Shown here piece after piece: positions 37,518-47,590 of a stretch of DNA of 64,000 nucleotides. How positions within the stretch are numbered: the stretch's first letter is position 1; each line of letters opens with the position of its first letter. The DNA comes from an uncultured Planctomycetaceae bacterium (GTDB taxonomy: Bacteria; Planctomycetota; Phycisphaerae; Sedimentisphaerales; UBA12454). The notes below the pieces were generated by a model. It worked only from the letters and a program-made list of their open reading frames with translations, did not search any database and was not told the DNA's origin. The stretch lies in the NCBI GenBank assembly GCA_964619675.1, contig CAZUEO010000004.1, positions 43,411 through 107,410 on the forward strand, in the 5' to 3' direction. The position numbers and the translations under genes are program-made.

Positions 37518-37901
37518 ATGGAAAATAAAAAAGTTCTTGTAGCTGATGATGAAGTTCACATAGTTCAGGTGGTGGCGATGAAGCTTCGCAACAACGGCTT
37601 TGAGGTTATTACTGCCGATAACGGTGATGAAGCTTATAAGCTTTGCTGTGAGGAAAAGCCGGACATCATAGTAACCGACCATCAGATGCCCGGCCTGACG
37701 GGAATCGAACTGGCAGAAAAAATTCGCGGTACACCCGGAATAGAAAATATTCCTGTGATAATACTCACGGCAAGAGGCTTTGCAATAGACGACCAGCAGA
37801 AGGAAAAACTCAATATCGCCGAATGTCTCAGCAAGCCTTTTAGCCCGAAAGAGCTTTTGAATCATGTTGAGAACATATTACAGAATTCTACAGTAAATTA
37901 G
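37518..37901 (+). CDS. Single-domain response regulator
   Basis: VLVADDE, PDIIVTDHQMPGLTG, ILTARG, KPFSP. Confidence 0.95.
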   Translation: MENKKVLVADDEVHIVQVVAMKLRNNGFEVITADNGDEAYKLCCEEKPDIIVTDHQMPGLTGIELAEKIRGTPGIENIPVIILTARGFAIDDQQKEKLNIAECLSKPFSPKELLNHVENILQNSTVN

Positions 37902-37919
37902 AAAAAAGGATAAACAACT

Positions 37920-39524
37920 ATGTTAAAAATAGCAGGCAATCGGCTCGGTTACATCCAGTCCAAACTCCTGAAGGATTTTGGAAGCGACATAACTGCCTTT
38001 GGCGCGAATCTTATTGTTTATGACCCTCAGCTTAATCTGCTGTTGAATTTCGATGGCGGTAAATTCATAAGCGATTACGAGTCAATATCGGCTTGCGCAA
38101 AACATGTTCTGGATTCCGCTTCGGACCAGATACAAACCTTCGGCAGGTTTGAGCAGATACTTTGTGCCAATCTTATGGTTGGAAGCAGAATAGATGCCGT
38201 TCTTGTGCTTGATTTCAGTCAACCGATACAGGCTGATGCTGATGAGGGCCAAATGAACAGGTATATGTGGCAGATTCTGAAAATGTTCATTGTTGCCTTT
38301 GCCGAAAGCCATAAGAATCAGCAGCAGATGGAAATGGTCAGCAACGAGCTGTCGCAGACCTATGAGGAGCTTATGCTGCTGTATAAGATGAGCACTAATA
38401 TGAAGGTAACTCAGTCGGATTCCAATTATCTTCAGATGGCGTGTGACAACCTGACTGAGATTGTGAACGTTGAGGGTATTGCCATTTTCCTTGAGAAGCG
38501 TGTTGGCGAGACGAGGAAACTTGTTCTTACTGCAGGTACAGGCCTTATTGCCATTGACCATAAGCATTCCAATATGCATGAAATTCTTCTTGAGAGGCTT
38601 CTTGCAGAACTGCGGGGCGGCAACGATGCCCTGCTTGACAGCGAAGTCGATTCACCGTTCAAGTATGAATGGTACGGCAGGGTAAGGAATATAATAGCAG
38701 TTCCGCTGCGCGGCAAAGACAGGATTATCGGAATAATGGTTGCCACCAACAGACTTGACAAACCTGAATTTGACAGTATCGATGTAAAACTTTTTTATTC
38801 GGTTGCAAACGAATGTGCGGTCTTTATTGAGAATGAGGGTCTGTTTCGCGAGCTTAAGGAGCTTTTGATAGGTTCGTTAAAGGCTCTTACAAATAGTATA
38901 GATGCCAAGGATCAGTATACCAGAGGACATTCGGAACGGGTGGCCTTCATTTCGAAATGGATAGCTGAACACTATGCTCAGGTAACCGGAGAGCTGACAA
39001 CGGAACAGATACAGAAAATTTATCTTGTCGGCCTGTTGCATGATATCGGCAAGATAGGCGTTCCTGAGTCGGTGTTAGGAAAGGAGGGCAAACTCACCGA
39101 AGCCGAATATGAACAGATGAAAACCCATCCTACGATAGGGGCCGGCATACTATCGGAAATACGCCAGATGGCCGATGTGGTTCCAGGGGTGCTGTGCCAT
39201 CATGAATGGTATAACGGCGAAGGGTATCCGAGAGGTCTTGCCGGCGATGACATTCCTCTTGCCGGCAAAATTGTGATGATAGCCGATGCTTTTGATGCAA
39301 TGACTTCCAGGAGGACTTACAGAGATGCTTTGGGAGTTGAAGCTGCCAGAGGCGAAATAGAGAAGGGTCTTGGAGGCCAGTTTGACCCTGAGATGGGTTC
39401 GATATTTATCAATAGCGACGTTGATAAGCTGTGGGAAATACTGCAGGGCGGCAGAGTTGAAAACTATTCAAGCGATAGTTTCAGTGAATACGGTACTATT
39501 GCGATAGGAGCGCTATTAAAATGA
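37920..39524 (+). CDS. GAF + HD-GYP c-di-GMP phosphodiesterase
   Basis: GAF (IIAVPL...IGIMVATN), DQYTRGHSERVA, LLHDIGKIG, HHEWYNGEGYP, ADAFDAMTSRRTYR. Confidence 0.9.
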   Translation: MLKIAGNRLGYIQSKLLKDFGSDITAFGANLIVYDPQLNLLLNFDGGKFISDYESISACAKHVLDSASDQIQTFGRFEQILCANLMVGSRIDAVLVLDFSQPIQADADEGQMNRYMWQILKMFIVAFAESHKNQQQMEMVSNELSQTYEELMLLYKMSTNMKVTQSDSNYLQMACDNLTEIVNVEGIAIFLEKRVGETRKLVLTAGTGLIAIDHKHSNMHEILLERLLAELRGGNDALLDSEVDSPFKYEWYGRVRNIIAVPLRGKDRIIGIMVATNRLDKPEFDSIDVKLFYSVANECAVFIENEGLFRELKELLIGSLKALTNSIDAKDQYTRGHSERVAFISKWIAEHYAQVTGELTTEQIQKIYLVGLLHDIGKIGVPESVLGKEGKLTEAEYEQMKTHPTIGAGILSEIRQMADVVPGVLCHHEWYNGEGYPRGLAGDDIPLAGKIVMIADAFDAMTSRRTYRDALGVEAARGEIEKGLGGQFDPEMGSIFINSDVDKLWEILQGGRVENYSSDSFSEYGTIAIGALLK

Positions 39525-39856
39525 AGATAAATCATCAGGATTATAACGATGTTACTGTTATGGAGCTCCACGGTGAATTTGTGGAAGAGTACTGTAAGGT
39601 GTTTCAGAGTACGGCATCCGAACTTATTAAAAAACAATTGTCCGGCATCGTTCTTGATATGAGCAAAATGCCTTTTATCGACAGCAGCGGACTTGAGATG
39701 CTGCTTTGGCTGAGGGATTATTGTCATGAAAATAAGAGCCAGCTTAAACTGGCGGGTCTTGACGATAATATCAAAAAGATTCTCGAAATTACCCGGCTCT
39801 ACGGCAAACTGGACTGTTATGAAGAATTAAGCCAGGCGGTTAAGAGCTTTACCTAA
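39521..39856 (+). CDS. STAS-domain anti-sigma-factor antagonist
   Basis: 111 aa; IVLDMSKMPFIDSSGL with the conserved phosphorylatable Ser. Confidence 0.9.
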   Translation: MKINHQDYNDVTVMELHGEFVEEYCKVFQSTASELIKKQLSGIVLDMSKMPFIDSSGLEMLLWLRDYCHENKSQLKLAGLDDNIKKILEITRLYGKLDCYEELSQAVKSFT

Positions 39857-39868
39857 AAGGACAGAAAT

Positions 39869-41587
39869 ATGAAGGAAGCGACATCGACAAAACTTCAGCT
39901 TGGCGAAATACTGCAGCAGAGAGGCATTATAACGACTGAACAGATAGAGGAGGTACTCTCGCGCCAAAGCGACAGCGGCCATCAGAAGCTTCTTGGCGAG
40001 CTGCTGGTGGAAAGAGGCTACTGCAGCGAGAATGATATTGCCTCGGCTCTTGCAGAGGCTTACGGCGTTCCATACGCGCAAATAAACCCGAAGATATGCG
40101 ACCCGAATATTATCGAGGTTCTGCCGCGGGACTTTCTTGAAGAGCACTATGTTCTGCCTCTGTTCAGAGTTAATGGTGTTTTGACCGTTGCGATAAGCGA
40201 GCCTACCAATGTATTTTTGATTGATGAAATCGGAAGACTTAGCGGCTGCACCGTTCAGGTAGTCTGTGCAACTGCAAAGGACATCCAGGCAACGCTTCAG
40301 ACGTATATGCCTGCGTCCAACGTATTTGTCATCGACGACATAATTGATGAAACAGGACTTGATGATTTTGCACTTATTGAAAACATCTCGGAAGATATTG
40401 CAAACCTTGAAGAGGTTGCAGGTCAGTCACCGGTCGTAAAGCTTGTCAATTATCTTATCTACAATGCCGTGCATGAAAACGCCAGCGATATTCATGTGGA
40501 GCCGGACAATAAAAAGCTTCGCATAAGATATCGTGTTGACGGCAGATTATACGAAAAGATTCGGCCTCCTTACCAGATGCTTGCGGCGATAGTTTCGCGT
40601 ATTAAAATTATGGCTGAGCTTGATATAGCTCAGCGCAGAATGCCGCAGGACGGCGGAATACATGTTATGGTCGACGGCAGGCCGATAGATTTAAGAGTTT
40701 CCATAATGCCCGGCTGTTTCGGCGAAAAGGTTGTTATAAGAATCCTTGATACCAAGCGGGTTTTATTCAACCTTGAGACGCTGGGTTTCAGTTATGAGAA
40801 TCTCAATCTGCTCAAGGAAAAAATCCATTCTCCCAACGGCATTATTCTTAGTACAGGTCCGACAAGTTCGGGTAAAAATACGACGCTTTACGCGACAATT
40901 TCGGAGCTGAACAGTGAAGAAGTGAATATATGTACTGTTGAAGACCCGATTGAAGCAAATGTGTCCGGCGTTAATCAGTTTGGAGTCAATGAAATAGCCG
41001 GTTTCACATTTGCCTCTGCATTGAGAAGTCTTCTTCGTCAGGACCCCGATATTTTGATGATTGGTGAAATCCGCGACCAGGAAACGGCAAACATCGCGGT
41101 ACAGGCCGCTCTTACAGGCCATCTGGTATTTTCCACATTGCATACTAACGATGCTCCGAGCGCTGTCACCAGGCTTATCGACCTTGGTGTTGCACCGTAT
41201 CTTGTAGGAGCTTCTCTTATTGCAGTTCTTGCTCAAAGATTAGTGCGGAAAATCTGTTCTAACTGCAAGGAGGAGTACGAACCGCCTGTATCAGTCAGGA
41301 AAGTGATGGAGAAAGCCCTGAACTCACCTGTGGAGAAGTTTTATCGGGGTATAGGCTGTAAAAAGTGCAGAAATACCGGCTATCTCGGCCGGATTGCCAT
41401 ACATGAGTTGTTTGTTACGAATTCGGAAATTCAGGAAGTGATTGTTGAAAACGCAAATATTAAGAAAATAAAAGAACTTGCAATAAGCAACGGAATGACA
41501 TTTCTGCGTGTTGATGGCTTGAATAAAGTAAAGGCCGGCATAACAACAGTTGATGAAGTTTTGCGTGTGACGGCATCCGAAGGATAG
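39869..41587 (+). CDS. pilB: PilB/GspE assembly ATPase with an MshEN-like N-terminus
   Basis: LGEIL..RG / LGELL..RG repeats, ASDIHVEP, RMPQDG, TVEDPIE, LRQDPDILMIGEIRD, STLHTND, tetracysteine motif. Walker A reads GPTSSGKN. Confidence 0.92.
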   Translation: MKEATSTKLQLGEILQQRGIITTEQIEEVLSRQSDSGHQKLLGELLVERGYCSENDIASALAEAYGVPYAQINPKICDPNIIEVLPRDFLEEHYVLPLFRVNGVLTVAISEPTNVFLIDEIGRLSGCTVQVVCATAKDIQATLQTYMPASNVFVIDDIIDETGLDDFALIENISEDIANLEEVAGQSPVVKLVNYLIYNAVHENASDIHVEPDNKKLRIRYRVDGRLYEKIRPPYQMLAAIVSRIKIMAELDIAQRRMPQDGGIHVMVDGRPIDLRVSIMPGCFGEKVVIRILDTKRVLFNLETLGFSYENLNLLKEKIHSPNGIILSTGPTSSGKNTTLYATISELNSEEVNICTVEDPIEANVSGVNQFGVNEIAGFTFASALRSLLRQDPDILMIGEIRDQETANIAVQAALTGHLVFSTLHTNDAPSAVTRLIDLGVAPYLVGASLIAVLAQRLVRKICSNCKEEYEPPVSVRKVMEKALNSPVEKFYRGIGCKKCRNTGYLGRIAIHELFVTNSEIQEVIVENANIKKIKELAISNGMTFLRVDGLNKVKAGITTVDEVLRVTASEG

Positions 41588-41613
41588 GAGCACTTGTTTT
41601 TTAAAGGCAAAAA

Positions 41614-42738
41614 ATGGCTGGATTAATTGATTCGCTGCTTTCAGGAAAGCCTGTATCGTCGCTGTCGCAGGCGATGTTGTTTTCGAAAGTTAAACAGTCG
41701 GAGCTGTTGCTTTTTACGAGTCAATTGTCGGTAATGCTGTCAAGCGGTGTTGTCCTGAGTGATGCGGTCGAGGCTATTACTGCCCAGATGAAGCCCGGCA
41801 CGTTTCAGAGCATGCTTTTTGATATATCCGACAAGCTTCAGAGCGGCGAGAGTTTTTCAGCTGCACTTTCAGCTTTTCCTAAGGTTTTTACGCCGATGTT
41901 CGTCAGCATGGTCGAAGCTTCGGAATCTTCTGGTCGGATGCCGGAGATGCTTGAGGTTCTTCAGAAGTATATCGAAAATGAAACGGAGGCCAAAAAACAG
42001 ATTAAAGGTGCGATGATTTATCCGTCAATCATGATGGTTATGACTGTTATCGCAACTACTACACTTTTGTTTTTTGTTCTGCCGAAGTTTACAAAGGTTT
42101 ATGAGTCAAGAGGCAGAGCCCTGCCGAAACTTACACAGATTCTTGTGGATTTAAGTAAATTGTTAAGTGATTTTAAATCGGCTTCTCTGGTTTTAATTGT
42201 TCTGTTAACTTTTTTAGGAGCGGTTTTTTATGCCGTCAGTACACCCTGGGGTAAAAGAACCCTTGATTGGCTGAAAATTCATATACCCGTGCTGGGCACG
42301 ATGTTTGTTGACTCCATAATGGCCAGAAGCACAAGGATTATGACTACTATGCTTACTACCGGTGTAACACTTCTTGAGACGATAGATGTTGTTAAAAGTA
42401 CCTGTGATAATGAATATTTTGAGCAGTTTTGGTCCGAGACCTGCGACAGGGTGGAAGCAGGTTTTCAGTTCTCGGAAGCGATGAATCTCGCTTCATATAA
42501 TCAGCTTATTCCGCCTGCAATCATACAGATGATTCGAGCCGGCGAAAAGAGCGGTACTCTCGGTTCTGTATGTGGAAAAGTCAGCGACTATTACGACAAA
42601 AAACTCAAGGCCTCAGTCAAAGCCGTAACCAGCGTGATTGAGCCTCTGATGATAATCATAATGGGTTGCATCATAGGTACTATCGCAATTGCGCTTCTGC
42701 TTCCGATATTCAGGATTTCCACGCTTGTAGGGCATTGA
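41614..42738 (+). CDS. pilC: PilC/GspF inner-membrane platform protein
   Basis: FTSQLSVMLSSG, MVEASESSG, IKGAMIYP, MIRAGEKSG, IEPLMII...ALLLPIF. Confidence 0.93.
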   Translation: MAGLIDSLLSGKPVSSLSQAMLFSKVKQSELLLFTSQLSVMLSSGVVLSDAVEAITAQMKPGTFQSMLFDISDKLQSGESFSAALSAFPKVFTPMFVSMVEASESSGRMPEMLEVLQKYIENETEAKKQIKGAMIYPSIMMVMTVIATTTLLFFVLPKFTKVYESRGRALPKLTQILVDLSKLLSDFKSASLVLIVLLTFLGAVFYAVSTPWGKRTLDWLKIHIPVLGTMFVDSIMARSTRIMTTMLTTGVTLLETIDVVKSTCDNEYFEQFWSETCDRVEAGFQFSEAMNLASYNQLIPPAIIQMIRAGEKSGTLGSVCGKVSDYYDKKLKASVKAVTSVIEPLMIIIMGCIIGTIAIALLLPIFRISTLVGH

Positions 42739-42841
42739 GTTTGGTCGCTGTCTGTAAGTTTTTTGACAACAAGCGCTTATAACGAAGGCCGGCTCAGGTT
42801 ACACCTGTTATTCCTCTTTATTATCAGCGAAATAAAACTTA

Positions 42842-42869
42842 TTGCAAGAATTGGCTTTATTGTTATAAT
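42842..42869 (+). promoter_or_regulatory. Putative extended -10 sigma70 promoter of rpsO-pnp
   Basis: TTGCAA 42842-42847, N16 ending TGT, TATAAT 42864-42869. Confidence 0.6.
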
Positions 42870-42905
42870 TGTCGAATTCAACTTATTGAAAGGTAATATT
42901 GATAG

Positions 42906-43172
42906 ATGTTAACGAAGGAAAAAAAGGCGAAAGTAATTGAAGATAACAGACTTGCTGAAAACGACACTGGTTCACCGGAAATTCAGATTGCCATTCTTAC
43001 GTCAAGAATCAATGAGTTGACGGAACATTTCAAGAGCCATCCCAAGGACCATTCTTCAAGGCGGGGCTTGCTGAAGATGGTTGGCAACAGGTCGGCTCTG
43101 CTTAAGTACATCAGCAAAAAGGACATAAAACGATACAGAGACATTATCAATCGTCTTGGACTGCGCAAGTAA
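42906..43172 (+). CDS. rpsO: 30S ribosomal protein S15
   Basis: [32 protein letters not shown]. Confidence 0.98.
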   Translation: MLTKEKKAKVIEDNRLAENDTGSPEIQIAILTSRINELTEHFKSHPKDHSSRRGLLKMVGNRSALLKYISKKDIKRYRDIINRLGLRK

Positions 43173-43214
43173 GAGTTGTGAGTTCTTAGTTGACTCAAAA
43201 CTTAAAGCTCAAAC
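43173..43214. repeat. Inverted 7-bp-periodic array between rpsO and pnp
   Basis: gagttgt-gagttct-tagttga / ctcaaaa-cttaaag-ctcaaac. Confidence 0.55.
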
Positions 43215-43238
43215 CCCAGGACTTTCATGAGGTAAATA

Positions 43239-45368
43239 ATGACAGGTGTTTTTAGGGTTGAAAAACAGATTGGTCAGAATTCTCTTATTCTGGAAACCGG
43301 TAAGATAGCAAAACAGGCTGGTGCTGCCGTTGTTGTAACTTATGGTGAAACGATGGTACTTGCAGCGATAACTTCAGCGCCGCCGAGAGAAGATATTGAC
43401 TATTTTCCATTAACCGTTGAATACCGTGAGAAATTGTCTGCTGCAGGCAAGTTCCCAGGCGGCTTTATGAAAAGAGAGGGCAGACCCAGCACAAAGGAAA
43501 TCCTGACCGCCAGGCTGGTTGACAGACCTTTGCGGCCGCTTTTCCCCGACGGATACTTTAACGAGGTTCAGATTGTAATTACCGTCATAAGTGCGGACCA
43601 GCAGAATGACCCCGATGTTCTTGCAATGATTGGCGCGAGCGCCGCTCTTTCTATCAGCAAAGTGCCGTTTCAAGGCACTATCGGTGCTGTCAGATTAAGC
43701 AGGGTAGAGGGGCAATTTGTAATTAACCCCGTGTATGAACAGCGAGAAAAAAGCGACTTTAACCTTGTTTTGGCAGGCAGGCACGATGCCATAAATATGA
43801 TAGAGATTGATGCTAAACAGGTGCCTGAAGATGTTACGGCTCAGGGTATCGAGTTAGCGCATCAGTCAATAAAAGAGGTTTGCGATTTGATTGGCGAGCT
43901 GGTCGCAAAATGCGGTCAGGAAAAAGAAGTGCCCGAAATTGAATGGGACCCGCAGCTTGCCGATGAGATTGCCGAAAAATACTCGGATGATTTCAGGCAG
44001 GCATTTGAGATTAAATCGAAGTCCGAAAGGAATACCGCTCTTAAGGAAATAACCGAAAAGGCTCAGGAGCTTTATTGCGCGCCGGCCGAAGGCGCCGACC
44101 AGGCCCGCTGCTCAAAGAGTCTTTTCAACAGAATACTTTACAATGTACAAAAAAAAGTAGTAAGGCAGTTGATACTTGATGGAAAAAGACCTGACGGCAG
44201 AGGATATACTGACATTAGGCCTATAACGTGCGAGGTGGGTTTACTGCCGCGTTCTCACGGCTCTGCGCTTTTTACAAGAGGCGAGACACAGGCTCTTGTT
44301 TCTGTTACGCTCGGCACCGGCAGAGATGAGCAGATAGTCGACGGCCTTCTGGAAGAATACGGGCAGAAATTTATGCTGCATTATAATTTCCCGCCGTACA
44401 GTGTAGGCGAGGTCAAGCCGATTCGCGGGCCCGGCAGAAGAGAAATCGGTCACGGCGCTTTGGCTGAAAAGGCTCTTGGACAGGTAAGGCCGAACATTGA
44501 CAATTTTGCATATACAATCAAGATTGTCTCGGACATAACCGAATCGAACGGTTCCAGCTCTATGGCGACAGTTTGCAGCGGAACACTTGGACTTATGGAT
44601 GCAGGCGTACCTATCGACCAACCCGTTGCCGGCATATCAGTCGGGCTGGTAAAGGAAGATGATAAGTACGTTCTGCTTGCGGATATAATAGGCGATGAGG
44701 ACCATTTTGGCGATATGGATTTCAAGGTTGCCGGTACAAAGCAAGGCGTTACTGCTATACAGCTTGATATAAAAGCGGCGTCTTTGCCTCATAACATTAT
44801 AGTTGAGGCTCTTGAAATGGCCAGACAGGCTCGTCTGAAGCTGCTCGATATAATGAGTCAGACAATAAGCGTTTCGAGGCCGGAGTTGAGCAAGTATGCA
44901 CCGAAGCTGATCAGCATAGAAATCGACCCTGAGCTTATCGGCAAAATTATCGGCCCGGGCGGCAAGGTTATTAAAGGCATCCAGGAAAAGACAAGTACCA
45001 AGATTGAGATAGAAGAGGACGGCACTGTTTATATAAGCTGTGTTGGCGGCGATGGTCATCTGGAGGCCAAGAAAATCATACAGGCTATGACTGAACCGCC
45101 GACCGTTGGCCGTGTTTATCCTAATGCGAGGGTGGTTTCTGTGAAGGATTTCGGAGCGTTTGTTGAGATCCTGCCGGGCATCGAGGGACTTTGTCATATA
45201 AGCGAAATGGCCGACGGTTACGTCAAGAACGTAGAGAATGTCTGTAAAGTTGGAGACGAGATTCCTGTAAAGCTTCTTTCGATTGACGAGCAAGGCCGGT
45301 TCAAACTTTCCCGCAAAGCGGCCCTGGCTCAGTTGAAAACTGAGGCTGAAACGGCAAAACAGCAGTAA
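43239..45368 (+). CDS. pnp: Polyribonucleotide nucleotidyltransferase
   Basis: FPGGFMKREGRP, SHGSALFTRGETQ, LHYNFPPYSVGE, ESNGSSSMA, GDMDFKVAGT; KH and S1 domains. Confidence 0.98.
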   Translation: MTGVFRVEKQIGQNSLILETGKIAKQAGAAVVVTYGETMVLAAITSAPPREDIDYFPLTVEYREKLSAAGKFPGGFMKREGRPSTKEILTARLVDRPLRPLFPDGYFNEVQIVITVISADQQNDPDVLAMIGASAALSISKVPFQGTIGAVRLSRVEGQFVINPVYEQREKSDFNLVLAGRHDAINMIEIDAKQVPEDVTAQGIELAHQSIKEVCDLIGELVAKCGQEKEVPEIEWDPQLADEIAEKYSDDFRQAFEIKSKSERNTALKEITEKAQELYCAPAEGADQARCSKSLFNRILYNVQKKVVRQLILDGKRPDGRGYTDIRPITCEVGLLPRSHGSALFTRGETQALVSVTLGTGRDEQIVDGLLEEYGQKFMLHYNFPPYSVGEVKPIRGPGRREIGHGALAEKALGQVRPNIDNFAYTIKIVSDITESNGSSSMATVCSGTLGLMDAGVPIDQPVAGISVGLVKEDDKYVLLADIIGDEDHFGDMDFKVAGTKQGVTAIQLDIKAASLPHNIIVEALEMARQARLKLLDIMSQTISVSRPELSKYAPKLISIEIDPELIGKIIGPGGKVIKGIQEKTSTKIEIEEDGTVYISCVGGDGHLEAKKIIQAMTEPPTVGRVYPNARVVSVKDFGAFVEILPGIEGLCHISEMADGYVKNVENVCKVGDEIPVKLLSIDEQGRFKLSRKAALAQLKTEAETAKQQ

Positions 45369-45390
45369 TCGCCCATAAGGAGATATTTTA

Positions 45391-46206
45391 TTGTCCCCTT
45401 TTTTGACAGGCGTTGTTGCAGGTATTGTTATTGGGCTGGTTTCAGCAGCCGGTCTGTGCTGTCTTTATAAATACAGAAAAAACCTTAAGTTGCATAGCGG
45501 CAGACAACTCGCCTCTCGGCGAAGCCGAGGGTCGGAGCTTGAAGAACTGAGCCGCCTGACCGGTGGGCTTGCTCATGAAATAAAAAATCCGCTTTCCATT
45601 ATCAAAGTCAATCTCAAACTTGTAAGCGAAGACCTTGCCGGTCAGAACGAAAACGTTATGAGGGCCGCGAAAAAAATCGATGTGGTTCGCAGGGAGACCG
45701 AGCGTCTTGAGCAGATTCTTGGAGATTTCCTTGCGTTTATTAAAAAGACCGATTTGCACCTGTCCGGTATTGATATAAACCAGACAGTTTCCGATATGAT
45801 TGATTTTTATTCGCCGCAGGCCTTTAGTCATTCGATTACTGTCCGTAGCGGCCTGGCCGGCGAATCTTTGATTTGCAAAGCGGACGCCGGTTCGTTAAAA
45901 CAGGTCCTGCTTAATCTTTTTATAAATGCTCAGCAGGCAATGCCGGACGGTGGTGAGTTGATGCTCAGGACTCAGAAAAACGGGAAAAATGCGGTGATTA
46001 TCATCAGCGACACCGGCAAAGGAATTGAGCCGGAAAATTTAAACAGGATTTTTGATGCTTTTCATTCAACTAGGCCCGGCGGCAGCGGACTGGGGCTTTC
46101 AACCTCCAGAAAAATAATCGAGGCGCACAACGGCTCGATAAGAGTTGACAGTATCCCGGGCAAAGGGACCTCTTTTACTATCCAGTTGCCTTTGGAAAAC
46201 AGATAA
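45391..46206 (+). CDS. Short NtrB-like sensor histidine kinase
   Basis: One TM segment, LAHEIKNPL, NLFINAQQAM, DTGKGI, GSGLGL; no sensory domain. Confidence 0.9.
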   Translation: MSPFLTGVVAGIVIGLVSAAGLCCLYKYRKNLKLHSGRQLASRRSRGSELEELSRLTGGLAHEIKNPLSIIKVNLKLVSEDLAGQNENVMRAAKKIDVVRRETERLEQILGDFLAFIKKTDLHLSGIDINQTVSDMIDFYSPQAFSHSITVRSGLAGESLICKADAGSLKQVLLNLFINAQQAMPDGGELMLRTQKNGKNAVIIISDTGKGIEPENLNRIFDAFHSTRPGGSGLGLSTSRKIIEAHNGSIRVDSIPGKGTSFTIQLPLENR

Positions 46207-47559
46207 ATGATTGAAAGACCCGCGATTTTGGTTATTGATGATGAGCCCGCCCACGCTGATGTTGTGGCCGAGGCACTTCGGCAGACCGGCGCAGATACTC
46301 TTGCTGTTTATAATGCCAAAAACTCGCTCGAACTGGTGGAAAGCAGATTCTTTGATGTTGTGGTAACCGATTTGAACCTCCATAACGATAAAATCAACGG
46401 CATTGATATTTTAAAAGCGGCCAAAGAACGCAATCCCGCCAGTCAGGTGATTCTGATTACGGCTTATGCGACGATTGATACGTGCAAAGAAGCCATTCGC
46501 CAGGGCGCTTTTGATTATTTGGTAAAGCCGATAGATATTGACCATCTGCGCACGATGACTGAGAGTGCATTGAAGAAGACTTCACGACGTGTTGCTGCTG
46601 CGGTTTATGACAAGGAACGTTTCGTATTCGAAGGTGTTGTAGGCAAAAGCAGCGCGGTGCAATCTGTCTTTGCAGTTCTCCGCAGGGTTGCGCCGACGAA
46701 TATAACGGTTCTTATTGAAGGTGAAAGCGGTACCGGCAAGGAGCTGCTTGCCCAGGCGATTCATAATAATTCACCGCGGAGAAATAATGCGTTTAAGCCG
46801 CTAAATTGTGCCGGCCTTACCGAATCGCTGCTCGAAAGCGAACTGTTCGGCCATGCAAAAGGCGCGTTTACCGGTGCGACAGAAGCACGAAAGGGCCTGT
46901 TTGAAGTTGCCGACAAGGGTACTTTATTCCTCGATGAAATCGGCGATATGCCGCTTACAATGCAGGCAAAACTTCTGCGAGTGCTTGAGGACGGCATTGT
47001 TGTGCCGGTCGGCTCAAATAAATCAACCGTTGTCGATGTCCGTGTCATCAGTGCTACAAACCACGACCTTACAAAGCTCGTTGAGCAGAATAAGTTCAGG
47101 CAGGACCTTTATTTCAGAATCAAAGGCGTAAGCGTTACAGTTCCGCCGCTGAGAAGCAGGGCGGAAGATACTGGCGAGCTTGTTGATTATTTTCTTTCCG
47201 AAGCCTGTAAAGAGCTCGGCAAAGATAAAAAATCAATTTCTGAAAAGGTGCTCGATATATTGAAAAGTTTTAATTGGCCGGGCAACATAAGACAACTGCG
47301 GAACTGCATCAGGACGATGGTAGTTATGAGCGATTCAGACACTCTCGATGTCGGTGATTTACCGCCTGAAGTTTATCAGGTAAGACAATTGGCAGGACAG
47401 ACAACGGGCGGTGTTTCGCTTAACGAACTTGAAAGGCAGGCAATTATTGATGCGCTGGCGAAAGTGCAGAACAACCGCCAAGCCGCCGCAAAGCTCCTCG
47501 GCATCGGCGAAAGAACCCTTTATCGGAAGATAAAGGAATATAATATTTATCCGCCATAG
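46207..47559 (+). CDS. Sigma54-dependent response regulator (NtrC/AtoC/PilR family)
   Basis: REC domain, GESGTGKE, ESELFGHAKGAFTGA, LFLDEIG, WPGNIRQL, Fis-type HTH. Confidence 0.95.
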   Translation: MIERPAILVIDDEPAHADVVAEALRQTGADTLAVYNAKNSLELVESRFFDVVVTDLNLHNDKINGIDILKAAKERNPASQVILITAYATIDTCKEAIRQGAFDYLVKPIDIDHLRTMTESALKKTSRRVAAAVYDKERFVFEGVVGKSSAVQSVFAVLRRVAPTNITVLIEGESGTGKELLAQAIHNNSPRRNNAFKPLNCAGLTESLLESELFGHAKGAFTGATEARKGLFEVADKGTLFLDEIGDMPLTMQAKLLRVLEDGIVVPVGSNKSTVVDVRVISATNHDLTKLVEQNKFRQDLYFRIKGVSVTVPPLRSRAEDTGELVDYFLSEACKELGKDKKSISEKVLDILKSFNWPGNIRQLRNCIRTMVVMSDSDTLDVGDLPPEVYQVRQLAGQTTGGVSLNELERQAIIDALAKVQNNRQAAAKLLGIGERTLYRKIKEYNIYPP

Positions 47560-47590
47560 GCGTGATTCAGTAATGGCGGGATTTTAATTT
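47549..47590. terminator. Hairpin between convergent genes
   Basis: atccgccat...atggcgggat followed by a T-rich tract. Confidence 0.55.
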
